From Octopus bimaculoides (Eukaryota), in contig NC_068985.1 in NCBI RefSeq assembly GCF_001194135.2, forward strand, positions 75,217,225-75,252,657: 35,433 nt of DNA. Direction: 5' to 3'. This document shows, piece by piece, positions 35,325-35,433 of the stretch; the first letter of the stretch is position 1; the number at the start of each line of letters is the position of its first letter. Below the pieces are notes generated by a model. That model was not told the DNA's origin. It searched no databases and worked only from the letters and a program-made list of their open reading frames with translations. The translations under genes and the position numbers were made by a program.

Positions 35325-35433
35325 TCTTCTTCTTCTCTTCTTCTTCTTCTTCTTCTTCTTCTTCTTCTTCTTCTTCTTCTTCTTCTTCTTCTTCTTCTTC
35401 TTCTTCTTCTTCTTCTTCTTCTTCTTCTTCTTC
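35325..35433. repeat. (CTT)n microsatellite running off the window end
   Basis: Visible directly. Confidence 0.97.

Noticed and set aside
1-35433. CRISPR array, operon or other prokaryotic system
   Set aside because: There are no regularly spaced direct repeats with unique spacers and no dense coding; the sequence is eukaryotic repeat-rich DNA.

Overview
AT-rich, microsatellite-dense, gapped animal genomic DNA with eight N-gaps, most abutting (TA)n tracts. The repeat landscape (tRNA-head SINE, R4/Dong LINEs, RTE, mariner, Penelope-like ends, TTAGGG-type repeats) suggests a mollusc, possibly an octopod cephalopod; this is inference, not verified. I found no intact protein-coding gene, rRNA, tRNA gene or CRISPR array. 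Most ORFs in the track are artefacts of simple repeats or N-runs. The window is mostly decayed transposons: four mariner relics, a probable hAT relic, RTE fragments, a tRNA-derived SINE and a near-perfect 349-bp foldback MITE. Two retrotransposon clusters stand out. (1) At 14300-17457, a degenerate (TTAGGG)n tract is directly followed by three co-oriented, mutually diverged L1/Tx1-like pieces joined at TCATCATCAT junctions. (2) At 27590-35325 there are four co-oriented R4/Dong-clade RLE retrotransposons, one nearly full length, each ending in a (TAA)n tract. A minimal hammerhead-ribozyme motif and weak candidate exons for a hydrophobic-leader protein are also noted. All family assignments come from manual translation and motif recognition; no database search was run.
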